IMG/VR virus record: IMGVR_UViG_3300044796_000261
Span: 1 to 59,962 of that record
Strand: one strand, 5' to 3'
From: a virus
Taxonomy: Duplodnaviria; Caudoviricetes
Length of the DNA: 59,962 nt
Part shown: piece by piece, positions 18,046 to 27,345 of the stretch
Numbering within the stretch: position 1 is the stretch's first letter
How the letters are laid out: each line of letters begins with the position of its first letter
Notes under the pieces: model-generated
What the model saw: only the letters and a program-made list of their open reading frames with translations
What the model was told of the DNA's origin: nothing
Database searches by the model: none
Made by a program: the position numbers and the translations under genes

Positions 18046-19113
18046 ATGGGAGGCATTACCGTGGACCCCAGAGGATTCCCTACGACGCTGCCCGAGTTCC
18101 AGCGCGTCTTCCCCGACGATCGCGCCTGCGCGACGTACTTGGAGCGCCTGCGCTGGCCTGAGCAATTCGCCTGCCCCAAGTGCGGCGTGGTCGCCGACCC
18201 ATACCGGTTCGAGGCGCGGCCCCACGTGCTGCGCTGTCGCTCGTGCAAGGCCGACGTATCGCTCCTTGCGGCAACCGTCATGCAGTCGAGCCACACGCCA
18301 CTCTCGACCTGGTACTGGGCCGCGTACCTCGTCACGACGCAGACGCCCGGACAGAGCGCTCTCCAATTCCAGAGGCAGCTCGGCCTGACGCGGTACGAGA
18401 CGGCGTACATGATTCTCCATAAGCTCCGGTCGGGCATGGTGCGGCCGGACCGTGACACGATCGGCGGGGAGCACCACGTGGAGGTAGACGAAACGCTCGT
18501 GGGTGGGCGGACGCGCGGGGAGGGCAAAGGACGCCACCACAAGGTCTACGTGCTCGGCGCCGTCGAGGGGCGCATGCGTAAGACGGGCGAGCACGCGAGC
18601 GGAAACGGTCGAGAGCAACACCGCGACGGGAAGCCAGTCAAGCGCCCGTACTACGCGGGCCGCCTGCGTCTCCAGCTCGTGAGCGACCGCCAGGCAGCGA
18701 CGTGCGAGGGTTTCGTGCGAGAGAACGTGACCGCACGGACCAACGTGCGAACCGATGGCTGGCAGGGCTACGACCGACTCGGCGCCATGGGCTACGCGCA
18801 CCGCCCTATCGTGATGGCCGGCGCACCCGAGCAGAACGACGCGCACCTTCCGCTCATCCACCTTGTGTTTTCGAACCTCAAGGCGTGGATCCTCGGCACG
18901 CACCACGGCACGAGCCAGCAGCACCTTCAGGCGTACCTCAACGAGTACGCCTTTCGCTTCAATCGGCGCTTCTACCCGATGACGGCATTCAATTCGGTTT
19001 TGGGGATCGGCGTGAAGGCGGTTCCGCCGACGTACGCCGGCCTCTACTCGGGCGTGTGGCAGCACCCGGGCTCGCAGCCGACGGATCCTCAGACGGAGTT
19101 GCCGTTCGCATGA
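18046..19113 (+). CDS. IS1595-family DDE transposase
   Basis: RWP..F.CPKCG..CRSC zinc ribbon, SALQFQRQLGL.RYETA HTH, VEVDET, RTDGWQGY, HLQAYLNEYAFRFNRR. Confidence 0.95.
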   Translation: MGGITVDPRGFPTTLPEFQRVFPDDRACATYLERLRWPEQFACPKCGVVADPYRFEARPHVLRCRSCKADVSLLAATVMQSSHTPLSTWYWAAYLVTTQTPGQSALQFQRQLGLTRYETAYMILHKLRSGMVRPDRDTIGGEHHVEVDETLVGGRTRGEGKGRHHKVYVLGAVEGRMRKTGEHASGNGREQHRDGKPVKRPYYAGRLRLQLVSDRQAATCEGFVRENVTARTNVRTDGWQGYDRLGAMGYAHRPIVMAGAPEQNDAHLPLIHLVFSNLKAWILGTHHGTSQQHLQAYLNEYAFRFNRRFYPMTAFNSVLGIGVKAVPPTYAGLYSGVWQHPGSQPTDPQTELPFA

Positions 19114-19327
19114 CGTCGGCAGGTACGACGTCAAGCAGGGCTGCGAGGCCCTCTGGGGTAACGAGCACGCCGCGTGTGGTGCGCTGCACGTACCCTCGTT
19201 CAGCGAGCGGCCCGAGCGCCCACGGGTCGAAACTGGCAATGGCAGCGGCGTCGCTCTCTGCGTACGCCTGGAGCATGCGCAGCTCGGGCGCGGTGAGCGT
19301 CTCTGGGAGAGTGGGCATGAGGGGCAA
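18989..19327 (-). CDS. Small winged-helix-like passenger protein
   Basis: LAERGYVQRTTRGVLVTPEG; convergent with and overlapping the transposase 3' end. Confidence 0.4.
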   Translation of the reverse strand: MPLMPTLPETLTAPELRMLQAYAESDAAAIASFDPWALGPLAERGYVQRTTRGVLVTPEGLAALLDVVPADVMRTATPSEDPSAASPGAATRPSRGRRTSAEPPSRRSPKPN

Positions 19328-19470
19328 CCTACGTCACGCATCGCGGCTCCGCACGGGGAAACGCGATGGGAGAAAACCGGATAGGCATGATCCAAACCAG
19401 GCATCGCAACGGTCGCCAAGCAGGCAGGCCGTGCGAAGAGGGATGCGCGGTAGGACGTGGGAATTGAAAG

Positions 19471-19863
19471 TCAGCCGGCCGAATTGATGGGCAGGGCGCC
19501 TTTGTCGGGCAAAGCCGCGCGCCTCCGTGAGAGCGGACACCGCGCCATGTGCTGCCCGCATCCCCTGCATCGGTGCCGCTCGCGGACGTACGCAAGCGTG
19601 CAGATCGCCCACCTCGTGCGCCGGCAGGCCGGGCAGCGCACGCGGCGGCGCTTGGTGCCAGGAGTGGTGCGCAGGACGGCCGTGGTAACGCGGCGCTCGC
19701 CCGCGCAGGCCATGCACCGGCCTGACCGCTCGCGGATGCGCTTCGGAAAGCCGCACACGACGCGCTTGTGTAGGCAGACGGGACATTGGACCCGCCAGCG
19801 CGGCGCCTGGCCAGGAGAGCGTCCCGGCATGAGCGGGAGGCGCTCGGGGGCCGCGAGGCTCAC
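19471..19863 (-). CDS. Double zinc-ribbon protein
   Basis: Tandemly duplicated CPVC..CMAC / CPAC..CRGC. Confidence 0.55.
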   Translation of the reverse strand: MSLAAPERLPLMPGRSPGQAPRWRVQCPVCLHKRVVCGFPKRIRERSGRCMACAGERRVTTAVLRTTPGTKRRRVRCPACRRTRWAICTLAYVRERHRCRGCGQHMARCPLSRRRAALPDKGALPINSAG

Positions 19864-20015
19864 GGCCTAGGCGCCCCGCACTTGGCAAGCCCAGGCCTCA
19901 GAATCCCATCGCTGAGCCGAAGCGTTGCGCGGCACGCAGTGCATCGCACTGAGCGCGCGTCGCTGAACACGGCGCGATGCTGGAACTCGCCGCATGCGGT
20001 GCACTCGAAGTCCCA

Positions 20016-20738
20016 TCACAACGCACCGAAGAGCGGCTCTTGTCCTGCGCGCACTGCCTGCAACGTGGAGCCTGACTCCTCGGCCCGTAGGCGCTCAATG
20101 CTCAGCGAGGCAGACTTCGGCTCGCGATCGATGCCGATGAATCGGCGGCCCAGTCGTAACGCCGCGACGCCGGTCGTTCCGCTTCCGCAGAATGGGTCGA
20201 GTATGATGTCGTTCGGATCGGTGAAGTCGGAGATCAAGGCGAGCATGAGGTCGACAGGCTTGGGCGTATCGTGGTCCGGACGATCATCGCCTCGTGGCGG
20301 CAAGCAGCGCCAGATCCCCGCACCGCCTCCACGGTTCCACGATTTGCGCCCTGCGCGGTGCATGATGGCGATGGCCTCTACGGCCTGCCCCGGACGGTCC
20401 CCGGTGATCTGCGGCGAAGGGGCGACCTTGTCCCAGATCCCCGCTCGGACCCACGCCTTGCCGGCGGCCTCCGCGTAGTCCCCGATGGCTTCGACGGTGC
20501 AGAAGGCGATTGCCCACCGAGACGCCTTCGCGATCAAAATCTTAGCTAGGCTCTGCGGATCCGTCAGCGCGCCGAATGAGATGCCGAACCCGTCGGCCAA
20601 CGCCTCGGCCACCGCCTCGGCCACCGCCTTGTGTAGCGCACCGCGGTGCGTTCTCGGGTCGTACGGAGGGTCCGTTATCACATGGTCCACGGCCCCGATC
20701 GTGGGCAGAATCTCCAAGCAGTCTCCTTCAAGGACCAC
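20016..20738 (-). CDS. DNA amino-methyltransferase (N6A/N4C, beta class); start uncertain, frame open to 21161
   Basis: GDCLE, ITDPPY, HDTPKP, ILDPFCGSGTTG, FIGID. Confidence 0.92.
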   Translation of the reverse strand: MVLEGDCLEILPTIGAVDHVITDPPYDPRTHRGALHKAVAEAVAEALADGFGISFGALTDPQSLAKILIAKASRWAIAFCTVEAIGDYAEAAGKAWVRAGIWDKVAPSPQITGDRPGQAVEAIAIMHRAGRKSWNRGGGAGIWRCLPPRGDDRPDHDTPKPVDLMLALISDFTDPNDIILDPFCGSGTTGVAALRLGRRFIGIDREPKSASLSIERLRAEESGSTLQAVRAGQEPLFGAL

Positions 20739-20767
20739 CCACCGATCGCGACCGTCGAGGACGCGGG

Positions 20768-20995
20768 CTACACGATCTTGGAGATCGCCAGCACAGACAG
20801 CGCGCTCCGGCTCTTCCCTGGCCTGCCGGACTTCTTGTTCGCCGCCGCCTTCGCGTCCAGCTTCTTCAGCAGCGCGATCGGGATGTGGACCGACATGATG
20901 TGCTGACCCGGCACTCGGTCCGCTCCGGTCTTGCTCGCCCGCTTCGACTTCGACGCCGTGGGCTCCGGGCGCTTCGGGCTCGCCTTGGTTGTCAT
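20768..20995 (-). CDS. Ribbon-helix-helix protein
   Basis: MSVHIPIALLKKLDAKA...SRSAL. Confidence 0.5.
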   Translation of the reverse strand: MTTKASPKRPEPTASKSKRASKTGADRVPGQHIMSVHIPIALLKKLDAKAAANKKSGRPGKSRSALSVLAISKIV

Positions 20996-21001
20996 CGGTT
21001 C

Positions 21002-21229
21002 TCAACGCGCACCATTGGCCAACCTTTCGATTTCTCGGTTCACGTACCACGCGGCCTTGCGCAAGTCCTCGGTCGCGTTCTTCGACTTGAGCCCAGCGCG
21101 CCAAAGGTACTTGATGGCGTTTCCGATGTTGAACCCGCAGTGCTCCGCGATGGTCACGCACTCCACGCCGCTCGGGTGGGACGTGTAATGCGATGGGCGA
21201 TTGACCGCGTCGTTAGGCTTAGACTTCAC
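21002..21229 (-). CDS. DUF3310-type phage protein
   Basis: DAVNRPSHY..GVEC...FNIGNAIKYLWRAGLK...EDLRKAAWY. Confidence 0.88.
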   Translation of the reverse strand: MKSKPNDAVNRPSHYTSHPSGVECVTIAEHCGFNIGNAIKYLWRAGLKSKNATEDLRKAAWYVNREIERLANGAR

Positions 21230-21434
21230 GCCTTCGCCCTCTCGCTGAGCTCCACGCCGAGCACACTGGCGACGGTCTTGAGCACGTGGATTTTCTGCGA
21301 CAGCGACAGCTTCGACAGCTTGCGCGCGATGGTCAGGACGAGCGTGGTCAGGTCTTCGGGCTGTTCGGTAGGCATGGGATGGTATCCTTGGTGAGCAGGA
21401 ACGGTAACGCACGGCGCGAAAGCGCGCAAGCTCC

Positions 21435-21463
21435 TTGACGCGCAAAAGCGCACGCGCTACGTT
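21435..21463 (+). promoter_or_regulatory. Sigma70-like promoter, probably leaderless transcript
   Basis: TTGACG-N17-TACGTT, ATG 6 nt downstream, at the head of the recombination operon. Confidence 0.55.
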
Positions 21464-21469
21464 GCACCC

Positions 21470-21658
21470 ATGAGCGATGAGACCAAGTCGATGCGCGTTG
21501 GGGTGAGCCTGGACCATCTCGACGTGGAGATTCTTGCCCAGGTCATGGCGTCGATGCCACCAAACCTGCGTGGAATTACCGCGGCCGACGCACTCCGTTT
21601 TGCCTTGCATGCGCACGGAAAGACGATCCAGAAGCCTTCGCGAAGGGCCGTGCGATGA
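21470..21658 (+). CDS. Small RHH-like protein
   Basis: SMRVGVSLD...TAADALRFAL. Confidence 0.5.
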   Translation: MSDETKSMRVGVSLDHLDVEILAQVMASMPPNLRGITAADALRFALHAHGKTIQKPSRRAVR

Positions 21659-22389
21659 GCGACGATAGAGCCGTCATACCACTGCGCCACGATGCGAGCG
21701 TGGACGTTCACGCTTCCGTGCTGGACGTCATCGCCCGCGCTGCGAGCGACCCAGCGGTCAACGTCGAGAAGCTCGAGCGCCTGCTTGCCATCCAAGAGAG
21801 TCTACTAGCGGACCAGCGCAAGACGTCGTACTTCGCCGCACTAGCTAGGCTCCAGGAGGCCTTGCCGCAAGTTACGAAGGCCGGCACCATCCTCGACCGC
21901 GACGGGAAGGCCAGGAACCGCTACGCGAAGATCGAGGACATCGACATCGCCATCCGGCCGCTTTGCGCGAGGGAAGGCTTCTCGTTCTCCTTCGACTCCA
22001 AGTCCACTCCGGGCGGCGCGGAGTACTCGTGCGCCATGCAGCACCGCGACGGACACGTTGAGACCAAGACGCTGATGCTCCCGCTGGACCAGGGCGCGGG
22101 CCGCAACGCGGTGCAGAGCGCGGGGAGCACCATCAGCTACGCGAAGCGGTACTTGCTCGGGATGCACCTGCATCTCGTGACGCGCGACGAGGACACGGAT
22201 GGCGAGGCGTTCGCGAACATCACGCCGGAGCAATCGGATCGGCTCAAGACGTCGCTGCAAGAGGTCGGCGGCTCTGTCGACCGGTTCCTCCGGTACCTCA
22301 ACGCGGAGTCGTTCGAGACGATTCGCGTGGGGCAGTTCTCGAAGGCGCTCAATCTCATCGAGGAGAAGAAGAGGCAGGGAAGGCGATGA
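21655..22389 (+). CDS. erf: ERF family single-strand annealing protein
   Basis: YAKIEDI, H.DGH.E, QSAGSTISYAKRY, DEDTDG. Confidence 0.9.
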   Translation: MSDDRAVIPLRHDASVDVHASVLDVIARAASDPAVNVEKLERLLAIQESLLADQRKTSYFAALARLQEALPQVTKAGTILDRDGKARNRYAKIEDIDIAIRPLCAREGFSFSFDSKSTPGGAEYSCAMQHRDGHVETKTLMLPLDQGAGRNAVQSAGSTISYAKRYLLGMHLHLVTRDEDTDGEAFANITPEQSDRLKTSLQEVGGSVDRFLRYLNAESFETIRVGQFSKALNLIEEKKRQGRR

Positions 22390-23081
22390 CGCTACGAACG
22401 GCTCTCATTCTAGACACGGAAACGACGGGTCTGGATCCGAAGACAGACTCTTGCATCGAGGTCGGATGCATCCTGTATGACCTCGAGCAGGCGGCCCCCA
22501 TTGCTTCGTTCGCAAGCCTAATCCGGTGCGACCGAAATCCAGCATGGGAGGTCAACCGAATCACTATCAACGCGCTAGACATCGCTCCCGACGCTGGAGA
22601 CGTGTGGCTACGGGCGTACGAGTTTGCGTCACGCGCTGACATCATCATGGCTCATCGAGCCGAGTTCGATCGGGGTTTCGTTTCACCGCAGGTCCGCGAT
22701 GCAAAGCCTTGGGTATGCACCAAGTTTCACGTCGACTGGCCTCACGGGAAGCCGGGAGACCCTCTCACGTTCCTGGCCTTGGCCCACGGAGTTGGAATAG
22801 TCAACGCGCACCGAGCGATGAGCGATTGCGACACGCTCTCACGTCTTCTGTCTCGGGTGCACGAGATGACGCAGACGGAGGAGGATCCGGTGCCGCTTGT
22901 GTCTCTCATGCAGCTCGCCATGCGACCGCGCGTGAAGGTTCAGGCTCTAGTGAGTTACGACGACAGGGAGAAAGCGAAAGCGGCAGGCTTTGCATGGGAA
23001 GCGTCAGACAAGCGGTGGGTGCGAGAAGTCGCCGAGCAAGACGCAGCGTCCTTCCCATTTAGAACGATGGTGCTCACGTGA
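22386..23081 (+). CDS. DEDDh 3'-5' exonuclease (DnaQ-like)
   Basis: ILDTETTGLD, AHRAEFD, AHRAMSD. Confidence 0.92.
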   Translation: MTLRTALILDTETTGLDPKTDSCIEVGCILYDLEQAAPIASFASLIRCDRNPAWEVNRITINALDIAPDAGDVWLRAYEFASRADIIMAHRAEFDRGFVSPQVRDAKPWVCTKFHVDWPHGKPGDPLTFLALAHGVGIVNAHRAMSDCDTLSRLLSRVHEMTQTEEDPVPLVSLMQLAMRPRVKVQALVSYDDREKAKAAGFAWEASDKRWVREVAEQDAASFPFRTMVLT

Positions 23082-23686
23082 TCATCCACACATGCGTGCA
23101 AGGCTCCACGGAATGGCTCGCGGTCCGCGCCGGCATCCCCACCGCATCCTGCTTCGACAAGATCGTGACGCCCAAAGGCGCTCCGTCGAAGCAGGCAGAG
23201 AAGTACATGCACAAGCTCCTGGCTGAGAAAATGATGGGCCATCCGGTGGTCGAGTTCACCGGCCCGTGGCTCGAGAGAGGCAAGGAACTCGAGGCGGACG
23301 CGCGCATGTACTACGAGTCAATCCGGGAGATGACGACGGAGCGCGTGGGGTTCGTGACCAACGATGCTGGCACCATCGGATGCAGCCCAGACAGCCTCGT
23401 CGGCGAAGACGGGCTCTTGGAGCTCAAAGTGCCAGCAGAGCACACGCACGTGGCCTACATGCTGACGCGGTCCGTGGACGCCGAGTATTATCCTCAGGTG
23501 CAGGGTCAGCTTTGGGTGACGGATCGCAAGTGGCTAGACATCATGTCGTTTCACCCGGAGATGCCGCCGGCCATCATCCACGTCGAGCGAGACGAGCAGT
23601 ACATCTCCATTCTGTCCGCCGCGGTGAGCAAGTTTTCGGCGCATCTCGAGCGGACCGTGGCTGAACTTCGGGAGAAGAACAGGTGA
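23078..23686 (+). CDS. YqaJ / lambda-type exonuclease
   Basis: QGSTEWLAVRAGIPTAS, RGKELE, GCSPD, LELKVP, YYPQVQGQL. Confidence 0.92.
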   Translation: MIIHTCVQGSTEWLAVRAGIPTASCFDKIVTPKGAPSKQAEKYMHKLLAEKMMGHPVVEFTGPWLERGKELEADARMYYESIREMTTERVGFVTNDAGTIGCSPDSLVGEDGLLELKVPAEHTHVAYMLTRSVDAEYYPQVQGQLWVTDRKWLDIMSFHPEMPPAIIHVERDEQYISILSAAVSKFSAHLERTVAELREKNR

Positions 23687-23889
23687 GCGCCAAAGGGGAC
23701 CGCACCCACGTCGGCGGCAAGCCCAAGCCGCTCACCGAGCGAGACGTCGATGTCGAGCGCCGCCTAAACGCAGGCGAGACCCCGACCGCCATCGCGCGGG
23801 ATATGGGCATCTCGGCGAAATCCATCGGTCGAATCCGTGAGCGGCTGTACAACGTGAGGAGCCTGGAGAAGGTTCGGGTCACACGATGA
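23683..23889 (+). CDS. HTH DNA-binding protein
   Basis: LTERD...GETPTAIARDMGISAKSI. Confidence 0.7.
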   Translation: MSAKGDRTHVGGKPKPLTERDVDVERRLNAGETPTAIARDMGISAKSIGRIRERLYNVRSLEKVRVTR

Positions 23890-24155
23890 CCGCAGCCGAT
23901 AAGCCTGTCATCGCTTCGGAGCCCATAGCGCTCGACATCGAGGGCCATCCCAGCGTGTCACCCGCGGCGAGGCGCGCAGCAGAGGACGAATATCGCCACT
24001 ACGTCGCGCGGCTCGAGATCGAGGTCGCCGCCCTGCGTCGAGCCGTGGCCGACAAGGACGCAGAGCTTCGCCGCCTTCGTGAGACGTGGCAGGCGCGGCT
24101 AGAAGATGAGGTGCGCCTCAGAATGCGCGGGACGCGTGTGCCGGAGAGACCATGA
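23886..24155 (+). CDS. Hypothetical coiled-coil protein
   Basis: ATGA-coupled within the operon. Confidence 0.5.
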   Translation: MTAADKPVIASEPIALDIEGHPSVSPAARRAAEDEYRHYVARLEIEVAALRRAVADKDAELRRLRETWQARLEDEVRLRMRGTRVPERP

Positions 24156-24337
24156 GCGAGAGACTTAGGGACATCTACCAGCAGCTAGAGGACCACGTGA
24201 GGACTTACGAGGGGAGGGGTGAGGCGAGGTTGGCCGACGCGACGAGGGACTTGCAGGACGTCCTTTGGTACCGGCTCAGCGATGAGGCGCGGCGGTGGCT
24301 GAATGGGCGGGAGCCGAAGGACGGGAGGACGATGTGA
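24152..24337 (+). CDS. Hypothetical protein
   Basis: ATGA-coupled, RBS GGAG. Confidence 0.5.
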   Translation: MSERLRDIYQQLEDHVRTYEGRGEARLADATRDLQDVLWYRLSDEARRWLNGREPKDGRTM

Positions 24338-24687
24338 GAGTGCTGGTGGAGCCCACGGACGAAGGCGTGGAGGCCGCCGCCAAGCGCGAGCTCTTCGAAG
24401 AGACGGGCCTGGTCGCCAGGAGCCTGGCCCTTCTCCACGAAGGGCCGGCGGACCCGTCGATGGTCCAGCCGGGCCGCGCGTCCGTCGTGCACGTCTTTCG
24501 CGTCGCCGTGCCGGAAGGCGCCCGGCCGGAGGAGCGCGAGCACGGGTGCCCGATCTCCTGGCTGACGCGCAATGAGTTTCTGAGCCGCGTACCCTTCCGG
24601 GCCTTCTACACGGCGGTGTTCGAGAAGCTCGAGCGGGAGTGGGAGGTCGGCGACTGGTACGTCGACCCGCCTACAAGGTTCGGATGA
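24334..24687 (+). CDS. Nudix hydrolase-like protein, N-terminally truncated
   Basis: VEPTDEGVEAAAKRELFEETGL Nudix box lying at the very N-terminus. Confidence 0.6.
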   Translation: MRVLVEPTDEGVEAAAKRELFEETGLVARSLALLHEGPADPSMVQPGRASVVHVFRVAVPEGARPEEREHGCPISWLTRNEFLSRVPFRAFYTAVFEKLEREWEVGDWYVDPPTRFG

Positions 24688-24702
24688 AAGCGCGGGCCGA
24701 CC

Positions 24703-25551
24703 GTGTCCGATAAGAGCGCGATTGAGTGGACCGACGCCACGTGGAACCCGGTACGCGGGTGCCGTGAGGTGAGCCCTGGATGTGACCACTGCTACGCGAA
24801 GCGCTTTGCGGAGCGATGGCGTGGAATCCCAGGTCACCCATATGAGGCCGGGTTCGATCCGCGATTCGTTCCGGACCAACTGGACGCCCCGCTCCACTGG
24901 AAGCGGCCTCGACACATCTTCGTCAACAGTCAGAGCGACCTTTTGCAGGGTGCGTTTAGCAACGAAGAGATCGGTTCGGTGTTCGGTGTAGCCGCTGCCT
25001 GCCCGCAGCACATATTTCAGATCCTGACGAAGCGCGACGAGCGCTTGGTGAAGTGGTTCAAGTGGATCGCAGAGGAGGGCAAGAAGCTTCCGGGTAGAGT
25101 GGGAGAGCCGTGCCCTAGTACGAGCTCGCTTGAGGCCTCAGCCTGCGTGATGCTGGCCGGCGTCGCTGTCATCCCACAACGACAGTTCGTCGATGCGTGC
25201 AACGAGAGCCCATGGCCCCTGCCCAACGTGTGGGTGGGCGTGTCGGTCGAGAGCCCCGACTACCTGCACCGCGTCGACAACCTTCGCATGGTGCCCGCGG
25301 CGGTCCGGTTTCTGTCGCTGGAGCCGCTCCTTGCGGATCTCGGCACGATCAACTTGGACGGAATTGGTTGGGTCATCGTGGGCGGGGAGAGTGGCCCTGG
25401 GGCGCGTAGCATGAAGCCGGAGTGGGTGCGGGCCATTCGCGCACAATGCGAGGCAGAGGGTGTCCCGTTCTTCTTCAAGCAGTGGGGCGGCCTGTTGAAG
25501 AAAAAGACGGGCCGATTGCTGGACGGCCGCACCTACGACGGCATGCCATAG
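24703..25551 (+). CDS. Phage Gp37/Gp68 (DUF5131) radical-SAM-like protein
   Basis: IEWTDATWNPVRGC..VSPGCDHCYA, RFLSLEPLL, GGESG, FFFKQWGG. Confidence 0.93.
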   Translation: MSDKSAIEWTDATWNPVRGCREVSPGCDHCYAKRFAERWRGIPGHPYEAGFDPRFVPDQLDAPLHWKRPRHIFVNSQSDLLQGAFSNEEIGSVFGVAAACPQHIFQILTKRDERLVKWFKWIAEEGKKLPGRVGEPCPSTSSLEASACVMLAGVAVIPQRQFVDACNESPWPLPNVWVGVSVESPDYLHRVDNLRMVPAAVRFLSLEPLLADLGTINLDGIGWVIVGGESGPGARSMKPEWVRAIRAQCEAEGVPFFFKQWGGLLKKKTGRLLDGRTYDGMP

Positions 25552-25682
25552 AGGCGAACATGAAAGGCCAGCCGCGCACGAAGAGTACGCCCATCGGGGA
25601 CGCGATCCGCAAGGACGCCCTCGCCTACCGGTCCGACGGCCAGGCCGAGCGCGCCGAGGGTATGGTCGACGCGGCCGACCGC

Positions 25683-26300
25683 CTACCCGGGGAACCACCA
25701 CGTAGGCGTACACCCGTGCCCATCTTGCTCGACCACGAGCCAGTCGACACGCGCACCCGTAGCGTCCGTGACATCTCCCGGTCGTAGCTGAAGGCAGCAC
25801 CACCCGCGAGACGGCTCGGGCACCCCGAACGAACAGGAGCGCATGTACCTCGCGGGTCGGAGCGCCTCGAGTTGCTGCGCGGTGAGCGGCTGCGGAGCGC
25901 CAACGTACAGCATTGACGAGTAGCCGCCCGAGCTCAGCGCAGCGTCGAAGGCGTTGACGTGGTCGCCGCATTCGGTGCCGACGACGCCCTCGAGGTCGAT
26001 TAGCACGTGGCAGCCGAGAGGTACGCCAAGGGCTACGGCCTGTCGAACCGCAGTGGCGCCGCGCGAGGCCCCGGTCGCGTTGTTGACAGGTCCCGTGCTC
26101 GCCATCGTGTACGGCGCGATACCCATCTCGCAGGACAGGATGAGGTCGCGATACTCCGGCGTGAGGTTCTCGAGGTACGCTCCGACGACGCGAGCGCCGC
26201 GCCCGTGGAAGTCGACGAGCTGGTCCCGCGTAAAGTGGGCCAGGCCGTCGACACCGAGCGTGAACGGCGGACAGGGGCGGCCTACGCCGATGGCGGTCAC
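25683..26300 (-). CDS. Endolysin candidate, DUF1906/GH25-like muramidase
   Basis: GVD, GAYL, A.A...A.ALG.P.G..VLIDLEG, LYVG; last gene of the tail/lysis operon. Confidence 0.7.
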   Translation of the reverse strand: MTAIGVGRPCPPFTLGVDGLAHFTRDQLVDFHGRGARVVGAYLENLTPEYRDLILSCEMGIAPYTMASTGPVNNATGASRGATAVRQAVALGVPLGCHVLIDLEGVVGTECGDHVNAFDAALSSGGYSSMLYVGAPQPLTAQQLEALRPARYMRSCSFGVPEPSRGWCCLQLRPGDVTDATGARVDWLVVEQDGHGCTPTWWFPG

Positions 26301-26542
26301 TCCGAACCCCCATCGAGCCGCGCCCGCAGATACGCCTCGGCCGCACCGATTACGTACGGACCGCAGTTCTGCACCTCGTCGAGCGTCAGCACGGCGTTCG
26401 GGTCGCCCTCGGCCTTGTCCGCGATGGCCTGGCCTACGATGCAACCGACCGCGGCGCCCTCGGTGGCCGGCGGCGTGGGGGGAGACAACGGAGGCGGAGC
26501 CGAGTGGCATCCGACGAGGAGCGCCATCGCGGCCAGTCTCAC
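26297..26542 (-). CDS. Small lipoprotein (lysis cassette)
   Basis: MRLAAMALLVGC lipobox followed by a Pro-rich linker. Confidence 0.5.
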   Translation of the reverse strand: MRLAAMALLVGCHSAPPPLSPPTPPATEGAAVGCIVGQAIADKAEGDPNAVLTLDEVQNCGPYVIGAAEAYLRARLDGGSE

Positions 26543-26955
26543 GGAGCGCCCGCGTCCGTGGTCACCGTGACAGTAGTGGGACCCGTGGTCGTCGTCTCGG
26601 ATGGGACGTCGGGAAGCGAGCCTACGTAGGAGCTGCACTTGCTTGCCGCGAAGTTCGAGCTGGTGAACGATGCGGTGGCGGTGCCGAACAGCTCGAGCGC
26701 CGCGACGCCGATTGAGATGAGCGCCAAGTCGTTTTTCGCGGTCACCTGGGACGGCTGCAAGGCGGCGGCTGAGGCCCCGAGGCCGGCCCCGGACGCGCCG
26801 AGTGCGATGTCTCCGATGACGATGCCGTTGTGCACGCCGGCCGTGGACTGGCATGCGCTGACAGCCGCCTGATTCGCCGCATTGACCGGCACTATGGGCG
26901 CGGAGTCGATGCAGCCAGCGAGCAACAGTGCGCCGAGCGCGAGTCGGGCGCTCAC
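26539..26955 (-). CDS. Lipoprotein with hydrophobic segments (spanin-like candidate)
   Basis: LALGALLLAGC lipobox. Confidence 0.55.
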   Translation of the reverse strand: MSARLALGALLLAGCIDSAPIVPVNAANQAAVSACQSTAGVHNGIVIGDIALGASGAGLGASAAALQPSQVTAKNDLALISIGVAALELFGTATASFTSSNFAASKCSSYVGSLPDVPSETTTTGPTTVTVTTDAGAP

Positions 26956-27176
26956 GAGCCGCCCCCGGTGGGCACGCTAAGCTCGGCCCCGAAAGCCTTG
27001 AATGCCTTCAGCGCGTCGAGCGGCGAGATGGCTCCCACGATGTGAAGCGCCTTGCCGTACCATGTGGTCGGAGGCAGCTTCGCCGCGAGCGGCGAGATGA
27101 CCGCGGCGTTGACCGCGCCCCAGATGGCGAGGTCGGTGACGGGGTTGGCTTGGAGCCAGGCAAGAACTGCGCTCAT
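26952..27176 (-). CDS. Small membrane protein, holin candidate
   Basis: 74 aa, hydrophobic, upstream of the lysin. Confidence 0.45.
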   Translation of the reverse strand: MSAVLAWLQANPVTDLAIWGAVNAAVISPLAAKLPPTTWYGKALHIVGAISPLDALKAFKAFGAELSVPTGGGS

Positions 27177-27345
27177 GGTCGATTCCTTTCGCTTTCCACC
27201 CACACTTTAGCAGCCTCGGCAGCCTTGTCGCGGGCCAACTCCCATGCCTCGTTGAACGTCGCGCGCCGAGGGTCATTCGGGTCGGCGTACGCCTTCAGCG
27301 CGCCAGCAAGGTCCAGCGCCTCTTTCAGCGCGGTCCGTTCGGCGC

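Larger units (their letters stand above)
16990..19389 (+). mobile_element. IS1595-family element with passenger genes, 2400 bp
   Basis: 24-bp imperfect terminal inverted repeats CATGCCTATCCGGTTcgtTCCCAT (16990) and CATGCCTATCCGGTTttcTCCCAT (reverse complement, ends 19389). They match the ISSod11-type end nnnGcnTATC and enclose the transposase. No clean TSD. Confidence 0.85.

Noticed and set aside
16982-19397. Target-site duplication and an interrupted gene at the IS1595 insertion
   Set aside because: The flanks differ, and the rejoined frame gives only about 30 unconvincing codons.
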